A stretch of 64,000 nt of DNA, taken from the NCBI GenBank assembly GCA_050184225.1, contig JBFXAN010000012.1, forward strand, positions 1-64,000, given 5' to 3'. A model generated the notes under the pieces. It was not told the DNA's origin, searched no databases, and saw only the letters and a list, made by a program, of their open reading frames with translations. The translations under genes and the position numbers were made by a program. This stretch comes from Dehalococcoidia bacterium. Its GTDB lineage: Bacteria > Chloroflexota > Dehalococcoidia > CAUJGQ01. Numbering within the stretch: position 1 is the stretch's first letter; the number at the start of each line of letters is the position of its first letter. This document shows, in pieces, positions 9,775-18,588 of this stretch.

Positions 9775-10506
9775 ATGAAGACGAGCACCCTGATGGACCG
9801 GCGGAGATGGCTGGTATTGGCCGGCGCGACGGCGGCCGGCGCGAGCGGCATCGTGCTGGCGCTCGGCGGCAAGCGGCGGCTGGGCATCGTCACCCAACCG
9901 GCCACGGCAGGTGGCAAGAGCGACATGCTCCGCGTCAACCTTGGCTTCGTCAGCGCCTACCTGGTGATGCGGGGTAACGCGGCCGCGCTCGTCGACAGCG
10001 GCGTCGAGGGCAGCGCCGACGCGATCGGCGATGTGCTCCAGGGGGCCGGCCTCGGCTGGGACTCCCTCCAGCACCTGATCCTCACCCACAACCATCGCGA
10101 CCACCAGGGCAGCGCCGCCGCCGTGCTCGAGCGCGCGCCGCGGGCGCTGGTCTGGGCCGGCCCGCCGGACATTCCCGGGATCATGGTCAACCGCGACGTG
10201 CGCCCCGCCAACGACGGCGACGATCTCTTCGGGCTGCGCGTCATCGCCACCCCGGGCCATACCCCCGGCCACATCAGCCTGCTCGACCCGGAGCTGTCCA
10301 CGCTGCTCACCGGCGACGCCCTCTTCAACCAGAACGACATACTCAGCGGGTCGCCGGAGCGCTTCAACGCCGACACGGCACAGGCGAACCAAAGCTCCCG
10401 TCGCCTCGGCGAGCTCACCTTCGAGCGCGCCCTCTTCGGCCACGGCGAGCCGATCGAACGCGGCGCATCGGCAGCGGTGCGTCAGCTTGGAACAACCCTC
10501 CCCTGA
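9775..10506 (+). CDS. MBL-fold metallo-hydrolase with twin-arginine-like N-terminus
   Basis: DRRRWLVL signal; THNHRDH, TPGHTPGH, TGDAL and FGHG motifs; GGAGG RBS. Confidence 0.9.
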   Translation: MKTSTLMDRRRWLVLAGATAAGASGIVLALGGKRRLGIVTQPATAGGKSDMLRVNLGFVSAYLVMRGNAAALVDSGVEGSADAIGDVLQGAGLGWDSLQHLILTHNHRDHQGSAAAVLERAPRALVWAGPPDIPGIMVNRDVRPANDGDDLFGLRVIATPGHTPGHISLLDPELSTLLTGDALFNQNDILSGSPERFNADTAQANQSSRRLGELTFERALFGHGEPIERGASAAVRQLGTTLP

Positions 10507-10577
10507 CACACAGCACCCCCCGCCGAGCGCCGGCCTGACCGCTCCCCGCCCGGCGCACGAATCCGCGGTGGTGCGCT

Positions 10578-10607
10578 TCGTCGTATTGACCTATGTCGGG
10601 TAAGCAG
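10578..10607 (+). promoter_or_regulatory. Conserved upstream element, copy 2
   Basis: Same TCGTCGTATTGACCTA 16-mer upstream of the second MBL gene. Confidence 0.6.
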
Positions 10608-10664
10608 CGTGCTACACCCGACCCGACAACACCCCGCTCGATTCACAACGAGGATGCACCCACG

Positions 10665-11603
10665 ATGAGTCAGTACGAACCTCACCGACTCTCACGACGG
10701 CAGGCGATCGGCGTCGCCGCACTGGCCGGCGGCGGTCTCGCGGCCGGACTTCGGTTTGCGCCGCCAGCGGCACAAGCCCAGCCGATGCCGCCATCCTTCC
10801 CGCAGACGGTCGGCGGCTTCACCCGCCTCGCCGAGGACGTCTGGGTCTGGACCTTCAGCGGCTACAACTCCCTGATCATCGGCAGCGACGACGGCTCGCT
10901 CGTCACCGAGCCGAGCAGCCAGTCCAACCGCCAGGCATCATCCCTGCTCAAGGCGGCGGCGATGGCCATCACCAACCAGCCGGTGCGCTACGTCGTCTTC
11001 AGCCACGATCACGCCGATCACAACACCGGCGGCGATGTCTTCGCTGACACGGCCGAGTTCGTCTCCCAGGAAGGCGCCGCCCCCAAGATCGCCGCCCGCA
11101 ACGACCCGCGCTCACCCGTGCCCACAGTCACCTTCGCCGATCACACGACGCTCGACCTCGGCGGCAAGGCGATCGACCTGCACTACTTCGGCCGCAACCA
11201 CTCCGACAACAGCCTCGTCCTTTCCTACCCGGCCCGCCGCATCATCCACGCCGTCGACTGGATCGAGAACCAACGGCTCCCCTTCCGTGACCTCCAGGAC
11301 AGCTACCCGACCGAATGGATCGCCGGCCTCGAACGCCTCGACGCCGACATCGACTTCGACACGCTCGTCCCCGGCCATACCCCACCGACGACCAAGAGCA
11401 ACGTCCTCGCCACCCGCGACTACTTGGCCAACCTCATGTCCGCGATCCAGACCGCGCAATCACAGGGCCTCGCCGACAACTCACCCGAAATGGTCGCCTT
11501 CGTCCGCGACCAGCTCGCACCCGCCTACAGCACCTGGGGCAGCTTCGAGGAGTTCCTCCCGCTCAACATCCAGGGCATCATCCGCATCCAGTCCGGGGGG
11601 TAA
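10665..11603 (+). CDS. Tat-exported MBL-fold metallo-hydrolase
   Basis: LSRRQAIG...AQA signal; SHDHADH, GRNHSDN and VPGH motifs. Confidence 0.9.
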   Translation: MSQYEPHRLSRRQAIGVAALAGGGLAAGLRFAPPAAQAQPMPPSFPQTVGGFTRLAEDVWVWTFSGYNSLIIGSDDGSLVTEPSSQSNRQASSLLKAAAMAITNQPVRYVVFSHDHADHNTGGDVFADTAEFVSQEGAAPKIAARNDPRSPVPTVTFADHTTLDLGGKAIDLHYFGRNHSDNSLVLSYPARRIIHAVDWIENQRLPFRDLQDSYPTEWIAGLERLDADIDFDTLVPGHTPPTTKSNVLATRDYLANLMSAIQTAQSQGLADNSPEMVAFVRDQLAPAYSTWGSFEEFLPLNIQGIIRIQSGG

Positions 11604-11615
11604 CGAGGGAGACGA

Positions 11616-11775
11616 AACCGCAGAGGACGCAGAGGTTCACATTGTCATGCTGAGCGCAGCGAAGCATCTCTCGCAGTGCGTCTGTCACAGAACGAGATGC
11701 TTCGTCGCTGCGCTCCTCAGCATGACAACAAATGACCTTTGCGGCCCTCTGCGTCCTTGGCGTCTTTGCGATTCA
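11616..11775. repeat. Nested REP-like palindromic element between convergent genes
   Basis: Outer CGCAGAG/CTCTGCG arms enclose an inner inverted repeat, TTGTCATGCTGAGCGCAGCGAAGCATCTC (11642-11670) with GAGATGCTTCG...CAGCATGACAA (11694-11728). Confidence 0.85.
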
Positions 11776-12759
11776 CGTCTGTCGTTCGAGCGCCTCCGGA
11801 TTGACGCAGTTCGGCGGTCGCTCGCCGCGCAGGCCGGCGAGCAGGTTGTCCACCGCCATGTCCGCCATCTGCTCGCGGGTGGCGCGGGAGCCGCTGGCGA
11901 TGTGCGGCACGATGATCACGTTGGGCAGCGCCAGCAGCGGATCGTCCATCGCGATCGGCTCGGGGTCGGTCACGTCCAGCGCCGCCATCCCCGGACGGCC
12001 CTGCGCGAGCGCCGCGGCGAGGGCACGCTGGTCCACCACCGGGCCGCGCGAGGTGTTGATCAGCACCGCATCCGGCTTCATCATCGCCAGCTGTGCCGCG
12101 CCGATCAGGCCGCGCGTCTCCGCCGTCAGCGGCACATGCAGCGTGACGAAGTCCGACTCCCGCAGCAGCGTCTCCAGGTCCATCCGTCGCGCGCCGGTCG
12201 CCGCCTCGATCTCCGGCCGCGGGATCGCGTCGGTGTAGAGAATGCGCATGTCGAAGCCGTGCGCCCGCCGCGCCACCGCCTGCCCGATCTGCCCCATGCC
12301 GGCAATACCGATCGTCGCGTGATGCACATCGACGCCGAGCAGCAGGCCGGGGTCCCAGGTCTGCCACTTCCCCGCCCGCGTGAAGGCGTCCCCCGCCACC
12401 ACCCGCCGCGCCGCCGCCATCAGCAGCGCGAAGGCAAAGTCCGCCGTCGTATCCGTCAGCACCCCCGGCGTATTGCCGACGAGAATCCCCCGCGCCGTGC
12501 AGGCCGGTACGTCGATGTTGTCGAAGCCGACGGCCATGTTGCTCACCGCCCGCAGCCTTGGCGCGATGCCGAGCAACTCCGCGTCCACCCGATCGGTGAG
12601 CAGCGTCAGCAGCCCCGCCGCCTCCCGCGCCTCGGCGAGCAGCGTCTCCCGCGGCGGCGGCAGCTCCCCCTCCCACAGCCGCATCGCCGTCTGTTCTGCA
12701 AGCCGCTCCAGCGCGTCTCCCGGCAGCCTGCGCGCGACAAATACTCGTGGACCGCTCAT
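11773..12759 (-). CDS. D-2-hydroxyacid dehydrogenase (glyoxylate reductase/D-glycerate dehydrogenase type)
   Basis: AVGFDNID, NTPGVLT, GMGQIG, INTSRGPVVD, LDVTDPEP and PHIASG motifs. Confidence 0.93.
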   Translation of the reverse strand: MSGPRVFVARRLPGDALERLAEQTAMRLWEGELPPPRETLLAEAREAAGLLTLLTDRVDAELLGIAPRLRAVSNMAVGFDNIDVPACTARGILVGNTPGVLTDTTADFAFALLMAAARRVVAGDAFTRAGKWQTWDPGLLLGVDVHHATIGIAGMGQIGQAVARRAHGFDMRILYTDAIPRPEIEAATGARRMDLETLLRESDFVTLHVPLTAETRGLIGAAQLAMMKPDAVLINTSRGPVVDQRALAAALAQGRPGMAALDVTDPEPIAMDDPLLALPNVIIVPHIASGSRATREQMADMAVDNLLAGLRGERPPNCVNPEALERQT

Positions 12760-13298
12760 CGGGGCTGCCTCCGCCGCTGATCCGGTTCCTGGCCATTGAC
12801 GAAGCGCGGCTTATACTCCGGATCGCGGCCCGCAATCTGGTCGGTGTGCATCCGGTCATGACGATAGAACGAGCGCAGCCACTGCAACACGGTCAACTCA
12901 CCGAACATCGGCTGCCGCGCCGTCCGGTCGAAATCATCGAGCGTCAGTGACTTGATGAAGACGAGCGTTCCCGTACGCTCCGTCTCCAGCGCCGCAACCA
13001 ACTCGTCGACGCGGTGCGCGTTCGCCCGCTCGATCGGGATCGCCACCGCCGCGCCCCGCACCCCGGTCAGGTCCGCGCCGTTCTCCCGCAGCGCCGCGTT
13101 CACCCAGGCGATATACGAGCGCTCCATCTCCCAGAGATGCGACAGTTGCTCCTTCGCGCTCCACTCCTCCTCCCCCGTCTTCCCCTCCGGCCGCCAGATC
13201 GCCGCTTCCTCGCTCAGCCCTCGTGCCTGCGTCAGAAACCGCCCGCGCTCCTCCTCCATCTTCGACAACAACTCATCCACCTGCACCTGCGTCGCCAT
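12756..13298 (-). CDS. DinB-family protein
   Basis: WSAKEQLSHL and YRHDRMH motifs; ATG 13298 with GGAGG RBS; 4-nt overlap with the downstream gene. Confidence 0.85.
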   Translation of the reverse strand: MATQVQVDELLSKMEEERGRFLTQARGLSEEAAIWRPEGKTGEEEWSAKEQLSHLWEMERSYIAWVNAALRENGADLTGVRGAAVAIPIERANAHRVDELVAALETERTGTLVFIKSLTLDDFDRTARQPMFGELTVLQWLRSFYRHDRMHTDQIAGRDPEYKPRFVNGQEPDQRRRQPR

Positions 13299-13326
13299 CA
13301 CACACCTCCGCACCGAAATTCTAGGG

Positions 13327-13456
13327 GTTTTGAACCGCAGAGACGCAGAGGACACGGAGAACGCAAAGGATTGTTGTGCGTCGGTACGATATCCATGTCG
13401 CTAAACATCTAACCTTTGCGCCCCTCTGCGTCCTCTGCGTCTCTGCGGTTCAAAAC
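13327..13456. repeat. REP-like inverted repeat (CGCAGAG family)
   Basis: Perfect 27-bp inverted arms GTTTTGAACCGCAGAGACGCAGAGGAC (13327-13353) and 13430-13456; same family as the outer arms at 11616-11775. Confidence 0.9.
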
Positions 13457-13463
13457 AGGCTGG

Positions 13464-14357
13464 TCATGCTCGTGGGCCGGCGAGAGAGAGGTCCATCGGT
13501 TGGTCGATCTCGCCGCGGAACTCCTGGTAGAGGCGGTGGACGTTCGGGATCAGGCGCTCGGGCTCGCCCCATTGCGAGAAGCGGCCGAGCTTGATCCGGC
13601 GCACGACCTCTTCCTGCGGCGCACCCTCCTGGAAGCCGCGCCGGGCCTCGCGGCGGATCAGCGCCAGGTAGTCGCGCATCTCGCGCAGGTCGGACGTGTC
13701 GCCCACCGGACCGTGGCCGGGCACGATCGTCTCGACCTCCATCGCCTCGATCGCGTCGATCATCCGGATCCAACCGCTGATGTGTCCCTCGAACGCGAGC
13801 GGCGTCACGTAGTGGAAGGCGACATCGCCGGCAAAGAGCAGCTTCTCCTCAGGGAGATAGACGAGCACGTCGTCGACCGTGTGCCCCGTGCCGAGATGCA
13901 TCAACTCGATCCGGCGGTCGCCGAGAAAGAGCGTCAGCCGATCGGCGAAGGTGAGGTTGGGCGGCCGGATACCGGAGGCGGCGATGTCGTCGGCGAAATG
14001 CGGCGCCATCACGTTGAGCCGCTCCCGCGGCACGCCGACGCGCTCGATCTGCTCGCGGCAGCGGATATGGCCGATGATGTCGATGTCGGTGAAGTGTTCA
14101 TTGCCGAGCGTGTGATCGACGTGGTGATGCGTGTTGATCAGCTGCCGCACCGGTTTCGATGTCCGTCGCCGGATCTGTTCCTGAAAGGCGCGCGTCATCG
14201 ACGGCGTGAACAGCGCGTCGATCGCGACCGCCCCGTCCGGCCCGACGATCAGCCCGGCGTTGGCGATACAAAACCCGCCGGTGGCCTGCACGTAGGCGAA
14301 GACCCCGTCCGCTACTTCCTGCATCTCGGTGGACCACTCCGGCACCGGTTTCGCCAT
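13464..14357 (-). CDS. MBL-fold metallo-hydrolase (cyclase-like)
   Basis: NAGLIV, NTHHHVDHTLGN, GHTVDD, FAGD and VPGHG motifs. Confidence 0.9.
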   Translation of the reverse strand: MAKPVPEWSTEMQEVADGVFAYVQATGGFCIANAGLIVGPDGAVAIDALFTPSMTRAFQEQIRRRTSKPVRQLINTHHHVDHTLGNEHFTDIDIIGHIRCREQIERVGVPRERLNVMAPHFADDIAASGIRPPNLTFADRLTLFLGDRRIELMHLGTGHTVDDVLVYLPEEKLLFAGDVAFHYVTPLAFEGHISGWIRMIDAIEAMEVETIVPGHGPVGDTSDLREMRDYLALIRREARRGFQEGAPQEEVVRRIKLGRFSQWGEPERLIPNVHRLYQEFRGEIDQPMDLSLAGPRA

Positions 14358-14465
14358 GGAACCGCCTCCTTCGTACGCGTTCTGCTGTTATACGTCTCCA
14401 GCAGGATGACCTCAACCTCGCCGCCCCACCACACTCGACGGGAACTCATCATGCTGAGGTTGACG

Positions 14466-14675
14466 ATGAACACGATCGACCAGTTGATAGAACGCCTTGC
14501 CAATGACGAGCAGTTCCGGGCGCAGATCTTGGAAGATACGGACGCCGCTCTCGCCGAATACGACCTGCCTTCCGGCGACCGCGACCGGCTTCTCCAGCAA
14601 GCGGAGATGATCGAGGCCGGCGTCCAGGTCAATCCGCTGCAACCAACCGACGCCGACGATCGCCGTCGGGCGTAG
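14466..14675 (+). CDS. Small protein resembling the NHLP-clan (Os1348/Franean1_4349-like) leader fold
   Basis: MNTIDQLIERLANDEQFRAQILEDTDAALAEYDL...; GAGG RBS. It forms the C-terminal part of track ORF 13416..14675. Confidence 0.7.
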   Translation: MNTIDQLIERLANDEQFRAQILEDTDAALAEYDLPSGDRDRLLQQAEMIEAGVQVNPLQPTDADDRRRA

Positions 14676-14747
14676 ATCATCACGGGACACCCCGCACGCT
14701 CCCGTGTCAGGCGCGACCATGATGCATTCTCCGCGTAGGATGCCATC

Positions 14748-16340
14748 ATGGTCGAACCGGCGCCGGATGCAGCCAAGACGCGGCGGCAGGTGAACTGCGC
14801 CGGCGACGGCAGCGATCACGCGCCCGCGTCGCCGACACTGTTCATCGCTTCGTCGCTGCCGGCGTTGTTCGGCGTACTCCTCGTCCTGACCATCACGGCG
14901 CGGCACGGCCCAGGCGTGACGCCGGATTCAGTGTCGTATCTCTCCGCCGCGCGCAGCCTGCTGGCCGGCGAGGGGTTTCGAGGACCGGATGGCGAAGCGT
15001 ACGTCGCCTTTCCGCCGCTCTTCCCCGCCCTGATCGCGACAACATCCCTCGGCATGTTCGACCCGGTTGACGCGGCGACCGCCCTGGTCGCCGTATCGTT
15101 CGGCGTCACGATACTGGCGACCGGATGGCTGGCCGGCCGGATCACGGGGTCGGCGCCCGCGGCGGTGGCGGCAGCGCTGGCCGTGCTCCTCTCGACACCG
15201 GTGCTGGACGCCGCGCTCCACATCTGGAGCGAGCTTCTCTTCATGGCATTCTCGGCCCTGGGCCTCGGCGCGCTCGCCATCGAAACCACCCGCCCAACAA
15301 CCCGCCGAACCATGGCGACGGCAACCATCACCGCTGCGCTGGCGTCTCTGACAAGGTACGTAGGCGTCACCCTTACGTTGACCCAGATCCTCACCGCGTC
15401 CGCACGGCCGGGCGCGACGGCTGTCTCTCGGCTGCGCGCGGCAGGCGTAGCTCTTATCGGACTGATCCCGCTACTCCTTTGGCTCATCCGCAATTGGTTG
15501 GTGTCCGGCACGCCCGCCGGCGAGCGGTATCCCGCCGCCACGTCGTTCGCGGAGAACGCGCGGGCGGCGATCGAAGCGCTCCTGATCTGGCTCGTTCCCC
15601 TCAATGCACCGATGCGGTTCCACGCGCTCCTGCTGCTGCTGGCCGTGGCGCTGGTCCTGGCGGTCGTGGCCCCGCCGGCAATCCATGGCAGGTCGCACAA
15701 CCGCCGTCTGCTCTGGGCCTGCATGCCACTCGTCGCCTTCTGCTCCCTGTATCTCCTCTATCTGGTACTCGCGGCATCAGTCACGGCGCTCGACCCGATC
15801 GATGACCGCCTGATCGCGCCGCTGCTCCCGCCGGCGATCGTGCTGGTGTTCGCGCTCGGTCATGGCGCCGTTTCTCTGCACGGACCGTGGCAACGAACCG
15901 GACAAATCGTCGCACTTGTGCTGCTGTGCCTCTGGCTGACGGTTTCGGCCGGCGACACGATCCGGCTGGTCCGGCGGGCGGCGTCAGACGGCGTCGCCGG
16001 CTACGCGGATGCCACCTGGCAGCGTTCCGAAACGCTCGCCGCGCTCCGAACACAGCCGCCCTCCGGCATGCTCTACAGCAACGACCCCTTCGCGATCGCC
16101 TACCACACCGAACGCGAGGCCCGGCTCAGCCCGCGCCGCCATCCGTATCGATCGCCGGGGACGGCAGTCGACGACATACCGAGCCTGCAGGCGGCGCTGG
16201 CATCCGGCGATGAGGTCTTCCTCGTCTGGTTCGACGGCGTTCCCCGCGACTTCCTGTTCAGTCCCGGCGAACTTGCTATGATCCTAGAGTTGCAACCGGT
16301 TGCCCGGTTCGACGACGGCGCCGTCTACCGGCTACGGTGA
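14748..16340 (+). CDS. Polytopic membrane protein, GT-C/ArnT-PMT-like glycosyltransferase
   Basis: TPDSVSYLSAARSL first-loop acidic motif, FPPLFP, SELLF and LTRYVG; many TM segments. Confidence 0.7.
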   Translation: MVEPAPDAAKTRRQVNCAGDGSDHAPASPTLFIASSLPALFGVLLVLTITARHGPGVTPDSVSYLSAARSLLAGEGFRGPDGEAYVAFPPLFPALIATTSLGMFDPVDAATALVAVSFGVTILATGWLAGRITGSAPAAVAAALAVLLSTPVLDAALHIWSELLFMAFSALGLGALAIETTRPTTRRTMATATITAALASLTRYVGVTLTLTQILTASARPGATAVSRLRAAGVALIGLIPLLLWLIRNWLVSGTPAGERYPAATSFAENARAAIEALLIWLVPLNAPMRFHALLLLLAVALVLAVVAPPAIHGRSHNRRLLWACMPLVAFCSLYLLYLVLAASVTALDPIDDRLIAPLLPPAIVLVFALGHGAVSLHGPWQRTGQIVALVLLCLWLTVSAGDTIRLVRRAASDGVAGYADATWQRSETLAALRTQPPSGMLYSNDPFAIAYHTEREARLSPRRHPYRSPGTAVDDIPSLQAALASGDEVFLVWFDGVPRDFLFSPGELAMILELQPVARFDDGAVYRLR

Positions 16341-16428
16341 TCCACGGCCGTCGTTCACTGGCCGCCCACCATCGACCACCGAGGACACTGCCCTGGCTGA
16401 AACACTGACGCAACGAGGGCGGGTGCGC

Positions 16429-17883
16429 GTGCCCGCCGCCGACCACTCGCTGGGCCGGACCGTGTCCGGGCTGGCGGCGCTCGACTTCACCCGGCCGGGT
16501 CCGGCCGTGGCGCTCGCGATCGTCTATCTGCTGACGCGATTGCCCTGGATCGGTGTCGGCTATGGCTCCGACCCGGACGCGGCCCGCGTCGCGATCAGCG
16601 CCGACTGGCTCTGGCGAACCGGCGAGTTCTACCCTAGCCGCCTGCCCGGCTATCCGCTGTACGAGCTGCTGGCATCGGCGCTGTTCCCGTTCGGGCCGGT
16701 GGTGCTCAACCTCGCCACGCTGGCGATCTCCTTTGGGGGCGTGCTGATCTTCGCGACCATCCTCAAGCGGCTGCGCGTCGAGCCGAAGGGTGTGCTCACG
16801 CTCACCTTCGCCTTCGCGCCGATGATCTGGATCAACTCTTCGGTCACACTCGATTATCTCTGGGGCCTGACCTTCCTCCTCGCCGCCTACCTCGCCGTGA
16901 TCGACAAGCGGTGGCTGGTGGCTGGCGTCCTCTTCGGCATCGCGATCGGCTGTCGCCCGACCCTCGCGGCGATGGCGCTGCCCTTTTTCGTGCTGCTGTT
17001 CCGGGAGCGCCGCCTCCGGCCGATGGTCGAGTTCTTCGCTGTCGCCGGCATCGTCGGCTTGATCGCCTTCGTGCCGATCATCGTCAACTATCGCTTCGCC
17101 TTCCTCGACTTCTTTGATGTCCGCCCGACCTGGGGCAAGTTTGCCCGGACGCTCGGCGTCGAGGCGTTTGGCTTGACGACGATGCTTGGCTTCATCGTCA
17201 TCGCCCTGCTCTCCTGGCGGCGGTTCCTGCGACTGCCGGACCTGCTCCGACGAGACGCACACTTCGCCTTCGCGCTGCTGGCGGTACTGCTCGTCTTCAT
17301 GTCGTTCATCCGCCTGCCATTGGAGGAGGCCTACCTGACGCCGATGATGCCCTTCCTCATCCTGGCCGTCGTCCGTCTGTTCTCCCGGCCGGCGGTGCTC
17401 GCTTTCTGCGCGCTGCTGGTGATGGGCGGATTGGTGGACTTCCACACTGCATCGGACCAAGGCTGGACCCAGCCGGTCGCGGCCTTCACCGGGATCCGGC
17501 CACAGCCGGGCCGTGTCATCGTCGACTACGAGCTGCGCCACCACCGGCTGCGGGTCGCGGAGGGCATGCGCACGCTCGACCTGCCGCCGAACTCGGTGGT
17601 GACGGCGGGCTTCTACTATCCCATCTTCGTGGCGCAGTATCGAGACGAGCTTGAGTTGACGATGCCCGAAGGCGTCCGCCGCGACCTGATCGGGCCGCTC
17701 AGCGACCTCTCCGAGGCACGCGACGAACGCGGCGTCGTCTACATCTGGCTGATGTCCCCCGGCGACGCGCGCCGCTATCGGGCGGCGGGCTACCGCACCT
17801 ACACGATGGACCTCGATGGTTCGGACGTGCTCGTCACCTACGAGAACTATCTCCCCCAGCACGAGCGCTTCGCCGTGCGTTGA
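16429..17883 (+). CDS. Polytopic membrane protein, GT-C-like (start uncertain)
   Basis: GYGSDPDA first-loop Asp motif, SRLPGYPLYE, LDY and GCRP; about 11 TM segments. Confidence 0.65.
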   Translation: MPAADHSLGRTVSGLAALDFTRPGPAVALAIVYLLTRLPWIGVGYGSDPDAARVAISADWLWRTGEFYPSRLPGYPLYELLASALFPFGPVVLNLATLAISFGGVLIFATILKRLRVEPKGVLTLTFAFAPMIWINSSVTLDYLWGLTFLLAAYLAVIDKRWLVAGVLFGIAIGCRPTLAAMALPFFVLLFRERRLRPMVEFFAVAGIVGLIAFVPIIVNYRFAFLDFFDVRPTWGKFARTLGVEAFGLTTMLGFIVIALLSWRRFLRLPDLLRRDAHFAFALLAVLLVFMSFIRLPLEEAYLTPMMPFLILAVVRLFSRPAVLAFCALLVMGGLVDFHTASDQGWTQPVAAFTGIRPQPGRVIVDYELRHHRLRVAEGMRTLDLPPNSVVTAGFYYPIFVAQYRDELELTMPEGVRRDLIGPLSDLSEARDERGVVYIWLMSPGDARRYRAAGYRTYTMDLDGSDVLVTYENYLPQHERFAVR

Positions 17884-17920
17884 AGCGCCGGTGAGAAAGG
17901 GAGCGAACCGGGAGAAGCCG

Positions 17921-18562
17921 ATGCCGAAGGCCCGTGTCAGCCATCCGATCTTCGCGCGGATCTACGGCTGGGCCAGCCCCAAGACGGACGCGAATGGGCT
18001 GGCCGTGTACCGGCGGCGGCTGCTCGCCGGGCTCTGCGGCACGGTGATTGAAGTGGGAGCGGGTAACGGCCTGAACTTCGCCCACTACCCGCCGGAGGTA
18101 TCGCGCGTGCTCGCCGTGGAGCCGGAGCCGCACCTCCGCACCCTCGCCGAACGGGCGGCGGCTCAGGCGCCCGTCTCGGTCGAAGTGATCGACGGCGACG
18201 CCGAGCGGCTACCGATCGGTGACGCGACCTTCGACGCCGCCGTCGCCTCCCTCATGCTCTGCTCAGTCCGCGATCCGGCAAAGGCTCTGCGAGAAATGCG
18301 CCGCGTCGTTCGCCCCGGCGGTCAGTTGCGCGTCTTCGAGCACGTCCGCGCCGACACGCCCGCGCTCGGGCGCGTTCAGCGTCTCCTCGACGCCACGATC
18401 TGGCCGGCCGCCTGCGGTGGTTGCCACCTCCACCGCGACACGACGGCCGCGATCGAGCGCGCCGGGTTTACGATCGAACGGCTCGACCGAATTCACTACC
18501 CCGAGTCGGGCGTCTCATGGCCGGCGTCACCGTGCATTCTTGGGGTGGCGACGCGGCCGTAG
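17921..18562 (+). CDS. Class I SAM-dependent methyltransferase
   Basis: VIEVGAGNG, AVEPEP, GDAERLP and LCSV...VRPGG..FEH motifs. Confidence 0.9.
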   Translation: MPKARVSHPIFARIYGWASPKTDANGLAVYRRRLLAGLCGTVIEVGAGNGLNFAHYPPEVSRVLAVEPEPHLRTLAERAAAQAPVSVEVIDGDAERLPIGDATFDAAVASLMLCSVRDPAKALREMRRVVRPGGQLRVFEHVRADTPALGRVQRLLDATIWPAACGGCHLHRDTTAAIERAGFTIERLDRIHYPESGVSWPASPCILGVATRP

Positions 18563-18588
18563 ACGGCAATGCCGAGTGCGGGCGTCGG

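Noticed and set aside
11035-12780. 581-aa plus-strand ORF, and similar long overlapping ORFs (16276..17862, 26144..27628, 33943..35553, 33140..34099)
   Set aside because: Alternative-frame or antisense shadows of well-supported genes; one runs through a REP element.
11616-13456. Possible CRISPR array from recurring CGCAGAG repeats
   Set aside because: The repeats are inverted arms rather than regularly spaced direct repeats with unique spacers, and no cas genes are present.
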